This document shows, piece by piece, positions 25,682-28,472 of a stretch of 28,472 nt of DNA (within the stretch, counting starts at the first letter, position 1; each line of letters starts with the position of its first letter). Below the pieces are notes generated by a model. It searched no databases and was not told where the DNA came from. It saw only the letters and a list, made by a program, of their open reading frames with translations. The position numbers and the translations under genes were made by a program. Origin of the DNA: a virus (lineage: Duplodnaviria > Caudoviricetes); IMG/VR virus record IMGVR_UViG_3300020045_005201, positions 1-28,472 of that record; one strand, 5' to 3'.

Positions 25682-25804
25682 CTATTCTGATGGCGGAAGC
25701 GGCAATGGCATCCAATGGCTAAGATTTAATCCAATATCCCTACAATTAAACCTAGCCCACTCCTCACGCGCGCTTCTTAATATATATTTTGGTGTTTTAC
25801 CCAT
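25682..25804 (-). CDS. Short DUF551-like remnant
   Basis: 40 aa ending 'SHWMPLPLPPSE'. Confidence 0.5.
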   Translation of the reverse strand: MGKTPKYILRSAREEWARFNCRDIGLNLSHWMPLPLPPSE

Positions 25805-25816
25805 TTTGTACCCCCA

Positions 25817-25966
25817 TTATTTCTTACGTGCTGCTATTAGTTCTTTCCAGTATGCTAGAAGCTTTTCATACTCATCAGGCAATACCCTTTTGCGGAACTC
25901 TTTAGTTTTAACCTGATAGCTCTTAATAGCCTTTTTGGTATATGAAGGTGTTTTAGGAGTTGGCAT
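25817..25966 (-). CDS. Small basic protein
   Basis: MPTPKTPSYTKKAIKSYQ..., 49 aa, GAGGAG RBS. Confidence 0.55.
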   Translation of the reverse strand: MPTPKTPSYTKKAIKSYQVKTKEFRKRVLPDEYEKLLAYWKELIAARKK

Positions 25967-25967
25967 A

Positions 25968-26174
25968 TTACTGTATCTCCTCAATGATTTCAGATACTTC
26001 CACCGGAAAATGCTTAATATCTGATATACGCTTGTCGCACTCGTTACTATCTTTTGCATATATCTGAAAACACCAATTTCTATCTTCAAATCGATACATA
26101 ACCTGAAACTTCTTGTATTCCGGCTCAATAGTCTTGTTATCTTTTCCGCCGTTTATTAATGTAATATTTGTCAT
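25968..26174 (-). CDS. Hypothetical protein
   Basis: 68 aa, TAATG coupling. Confidence 0.6.
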   Translation of the reverse strand: MTNITLINGGKDNKTIEPEYKKFQVMYRFEDRNWCFQIYAKDSNECDKRISDIKHFPVEVSEIIEEIQ

Positions 26175-26713
26175 TACTCTTTCTCCTTCTTGGTTTCAAA
26201 TAAAGGCCAGCCTGTATTGTTTTCCGGCAGTCCATGCACGTATGGATTTTTAAGTGCGCCCATGCCTGATAAGTTTTGCTCTTTCATGTAACTTGACGTT
26301 AAAAGTAACATGTTAGTTCTAAAAAGATGCTCCCTAAAAGCCGCATTTGCCCTTTCAATAGCTTCTTTCTCTTGTTGGGAAACACACTCATGTAATTTAT
26401 GCTCAAGCCCTATTCCTTTGCACTTCTGGCACATTCTTAGGTTTCCCGAAGATTCGGAAAGGTTCTCATGGAACGCTTTATTTTCCGCCTGCATAAACCT
26501 CTGCATCATAACTTGCTGCAACTCATTTATTATCACCGTAAGCTTTGCCTCGCGCACCTGGTAGGTGCTAATTATTTTAATAGCATCACGCATACAAGTT
26601 GCACATGCCTCATGTGTATCATGCTCTTCATTGCATAAATCACCAGAAGTAAGTAATCTAACCTTAGCTTCAAGCTCCGCTCTTTCTTGCGCTAAATTGT
26701 CTAAACTTGTCAT
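26174..26713 (-). CDS. Hypothetical protein
   Basis: 179 aa with CxxC motifs. GAGG RBS. Confidence 0.6.
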   Translation of the reverse strand: MTSLDNLAQERAELEAKVRLLTSGDLCNEEHDTHEACATCMRDAIKIISTYQVREAKLTVIINELQQVMMQRFMQAENKAFHENLSESSGNLRMCQKCKGIGLEHKLHECVSQQEKEAIERANAAFREHLFRTNMLLLTSSYMKEQNLSGMGALKNPYVHGLPENNTGWPLFETKKEKE

Positions 26714-26715
26714 CC

Positions 26716-26931
26716 TTACACCTCTTTAAAAAAAGTAATGCCTTTATAAATAAAATAATTATTAACAGCGTGTCTATTTAACGCATCTATATTCCAAGTC
26801 TTTTCTTCAAGCTTAAAAATCACCGCATCAAAAATTCTTCGCGTCAATGTAACGCTTCTAATTGCCGCTTTATCATTAATTATATTTTCTAGGCGGCGAC
26901 TTGCTTCATATATTAAATCCAATTCATCCAT
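26716..26931 (-). CDS. Hypothetical protein
   Basis: TGATG-coupled start, GGAGG RBS. Confidence 0.6.
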   Translation of the reverse strand: MDELDLIYEASRRLENIINDKAAIRSVTLTRRIFDAVIFKLEEKTWNIDALNRHAVNNYFIYKGITFFKEV

Positions 26932-27220
26932 CACCTTCCCTCCGCTTTTGCTATTGCTGCACGCGCTGCTATAAATCTAACTGTATTTCTATCCGCTTCT
27001 TTAAGGACACCCTTTAAGGCTTCGTATAATTCTGGAGCGGCGGCTATTAAATAAGCATTTGCCTTTAATTCTTCTGAAGTCCACTTGCTTAACGCGCCTG
27101 TAAAATCATTCTCTTGAACAACAACATCCTTTCCATGTCGCCAATTTGCTTATGTACTTCTACGGCATTATCTCTTAAAGCCCTAGCCATTATCTCGATT
27201 AACTCTTCTTTACTTTTCAT
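26931..27220 (-). pseudogene. Frameshifted/chimeric gene (MKSKEEL N-terminus + 'ANAYLIAAAPELYEAL' domain in the -1 frame)
   Basis: A 43-aa ORF at 27089-27220 overlaps a start-less open frame at 26931-27149 that encodes '...KANAYLIAAAPELYEALK...AAIAKAEGR'. Confidence 0.55.
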
Positions 27221-27389
27221 TTGATTGCTCCGCGTTGTTTCGGTCTAATTCATCTTGCGTGATTCCACATCCATCTGGCAATTCGTTATAGCATTTATTG
27301 CAAATAATGTCATATCCGCCATAAGGTGCAAAATCCTCCTCATTCGTATCAATAAAGCCTTCGCATATATTACAAATTGCCAATGACAT
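27210..27389 (-). CDS. Small zinc-finger protein (59 aa)
   Basis: Translated by hand: MSLAICNICEG...IICNKCYNEL. AGGAG RBS. Confidence 0.6.
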   Translation of the reverse strand: MSLAICNICEGFIDTNEEDFAPYGGYDIICNKCYNELPDGCGITQDELDRNNAEQSNEK

Positions 27390-27413
27390 ACTCTTCTCTC
27401 CTATGGGGTTGAA

Positions 27414-28250
27414 TTATTGATTAAACTGCATTATTGCCCTGCCAATAATCTCAGGTATTTGTGGCACTACCGAGTTTCCTAAGCTTCTAAGTCGGTGTGT
27501 CCTATTGGGAATCCCATCATCGCCTCTACAAACTCTGGGTGTGGGTAAATCCCATCCTCCGCTGATTCCCTCACATGCTCGCAAAGGTTGTGATATTCGT
27601 TCCCACTTCCCCTGTAGCGATTCTTTACTGCACCTTTTGCGTCGCTCGTTGTCGGGGTCGGATAAAGTTTCCCATGCACCAATTGGTCGCGCAGATTCGC
27701 TGTGCTTGTTCTGCCCTTCCTGGCTCCCTGCATTTGCCTGTCCAGTGACTCCTTGCTCCTTGGCGGCAAGCTGTCCATTGTATTCGGAGTAGCCCACAAT
27801 CCAGACTCTATCCCTTCTATGTGGGGCGTTGACGGCGCAAGCTGGAATAACAAACGTCCTTGTGGTGTAACCTTCACTCCCCAAGTCAGTAAGCACGTCA
27901 TCGAGGCCCATATTGATGATTCCAGCAACATTTTCTCCAATAACCCAACTTGGCCTGTATTTTTGGATGAGGCTAAACATAGCCGGCCAGAGGTGACGGT
28001 CATCGTCTTTGCCTTTTTGCTTCCCGGCAACGCTAAATGGCTGGCAAGGGAAACCCCCGCAAATAAGGTCAACTGCTCCGTCATAATCTAAATTCCTTAC
28101 ATCATTAAAAATAGGCACATTAGGCCAATGTTTCTTTAGCACCTTCTGGCAAAACTTATCAATTTCACAAAAAGCTACCGTTTCCATTCCTGCGCGCTCC
28201 AATCCATGACTAAACCCGCCAATGCCGGAAAATAAATCAAGTACATTCAT
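27414..28250 (-). CDS. dcm: C5 cytosine DNA methyltransferase, alpha (catalytic) polypeptide
   Basis: Motif I 'DLFSGIGG', IV 'GGFPCQPFS', VI 'ENV', VIII 'PHRRDRVW' and X 'LGNSVVP'. No motif IX in this frame. Confidence 0.92.
   Translation of the reverse strand: MNVLDLFSGIGGFSHGLERAGMETVAFCEIDKFCQKVLKKHWPNVPIFNDVRNLDYDGAVDLICGGFPCQPFSVAGKQKGKDDDRHLWPAMFSLIQKYRPSWVIGENVAGIINMGLDDVLTDLGSEGYTTRTFVIPACAVNAPHRRDRVWIVGYSEYNGQLAAKEQGVTGQANAGSQEGQNKHSESARPIGAWETLSDPDNERRKRCSKESLQGKWERISQPLRACEGISGGWDLPTPRVCRGDDGIPNRTHRLRSLGNSVVPQIPEIIGRAIMQFNQ
27479..28084 (-). CDS. Nested alternate-frame MTase beta polypeptide (TRD + motif IX)
   Basis: 201 aa wholly inside dcm. 'LWATP', 'LYPTPTTSD' and terminal 'HPEFVEAMMGFPIGHT' (motif IX-like). 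Confidence 0.75.
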   Translation of the reverse strand: MTEQLTLFAGVSLASHLALPGSKKAKTMTVTSGRLCLASSKNTGQVGLLEKMLLESSIWASMTCLLTWGVKVTPQGRLLFQLAPSTPHIEGIESGLWATPNTMDSLPPRSKESLDRQMQGARKGRTSTANLRDQLVHGKLYPTPTTSDAKGAVKNRYRGSGNEYHNLCEHVRESAEDGIYPHPEFVEAMMGFPIGHTDLEA

Positions 28251-28429
28251 ATTATTCCGCCCTCTAATTTGCTTTAAATCTTTCCATCGCCTCATCGAGC
28301 GGCACTGTTCTATTTTGTTTTCTTAGCGGCTCAACATAAATACCAAGAATCTTTTCAGTTCGTTTAAACTATCAGCGTCAAACCCGTTTGTGCAGTACAT
28401 ATAATACCTATTGATTTGTTGATAAAACT

Positions 28430-28458
28430 AATTTATACTAATTCAGATAATAAGTCAA
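28430..28458 (-). promoter_or_regulatory. Sigma70-type promoter upstream of dcm
   Basis: TTGACT (28453-28458), 17 nt, TAAATT (28430-28435). AT-rich context lowers specificity. Confidence 0.5.
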
Positions 28459-28472
28459 ATATTATTTATACT

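Noticed and set aside
130-28091. The many plus-strand ORFs of 60-141 aa
   Set aside because: They lie antisense to well-supported, tightly coupled minus-strand genes and show no recognisable motifs. They are shadow ORFs.
27414-28250. Complete restriction-modification system
   Set aside because: No endonuclease-like ORF is adjacent within the window, so it is treated as an orphan methyltransferase.
28323-28400. 25-codon ORF MYCTNG... behind the right-end promoter
   Set aside because: Weak RBS and no motif. It cannot be supported from sequence alone.

Overview
A 28.5-kb segment of a tailed dsDNA phage (Caudoviricetes, podovirus-like layout). Essentially all genes are on the minus strand. In transcription order (right to left): (1) a C5 cytosine methyltransferase with a nested alternate-frame ORF that carries its missing motif IX (M.EcoHK31I-type heterodimer); (2) a dense array of small early/accessory genes, including an HTH protein, a Lar-like protein, repeated gene-junction sequences and two tandem CCA-ending tRNA-like elements with 9-bp acceptor stems; (3) P22 gp3-type terS, a lipoprotein BTLCP/LapG-like cysteine protease and terL; (4) a ~6.2-kb glycan-modification island with its own promoter between terL and portal (KpsS/KpsC-like protein, GT8-like glycosyltransferase, two methyltransferases, cytidylyltransferase, cupin, GT + Maf/DUF115 fusion); (5) portal with a nested small gene, GroES, scaffold, major capsid, adaptor, nozzle and probable ejection proteins. 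No integrase, CRISPR array, rRNA or clear lysis cassette is visible. Family calls come from motif recognition by eye, not from database searches.
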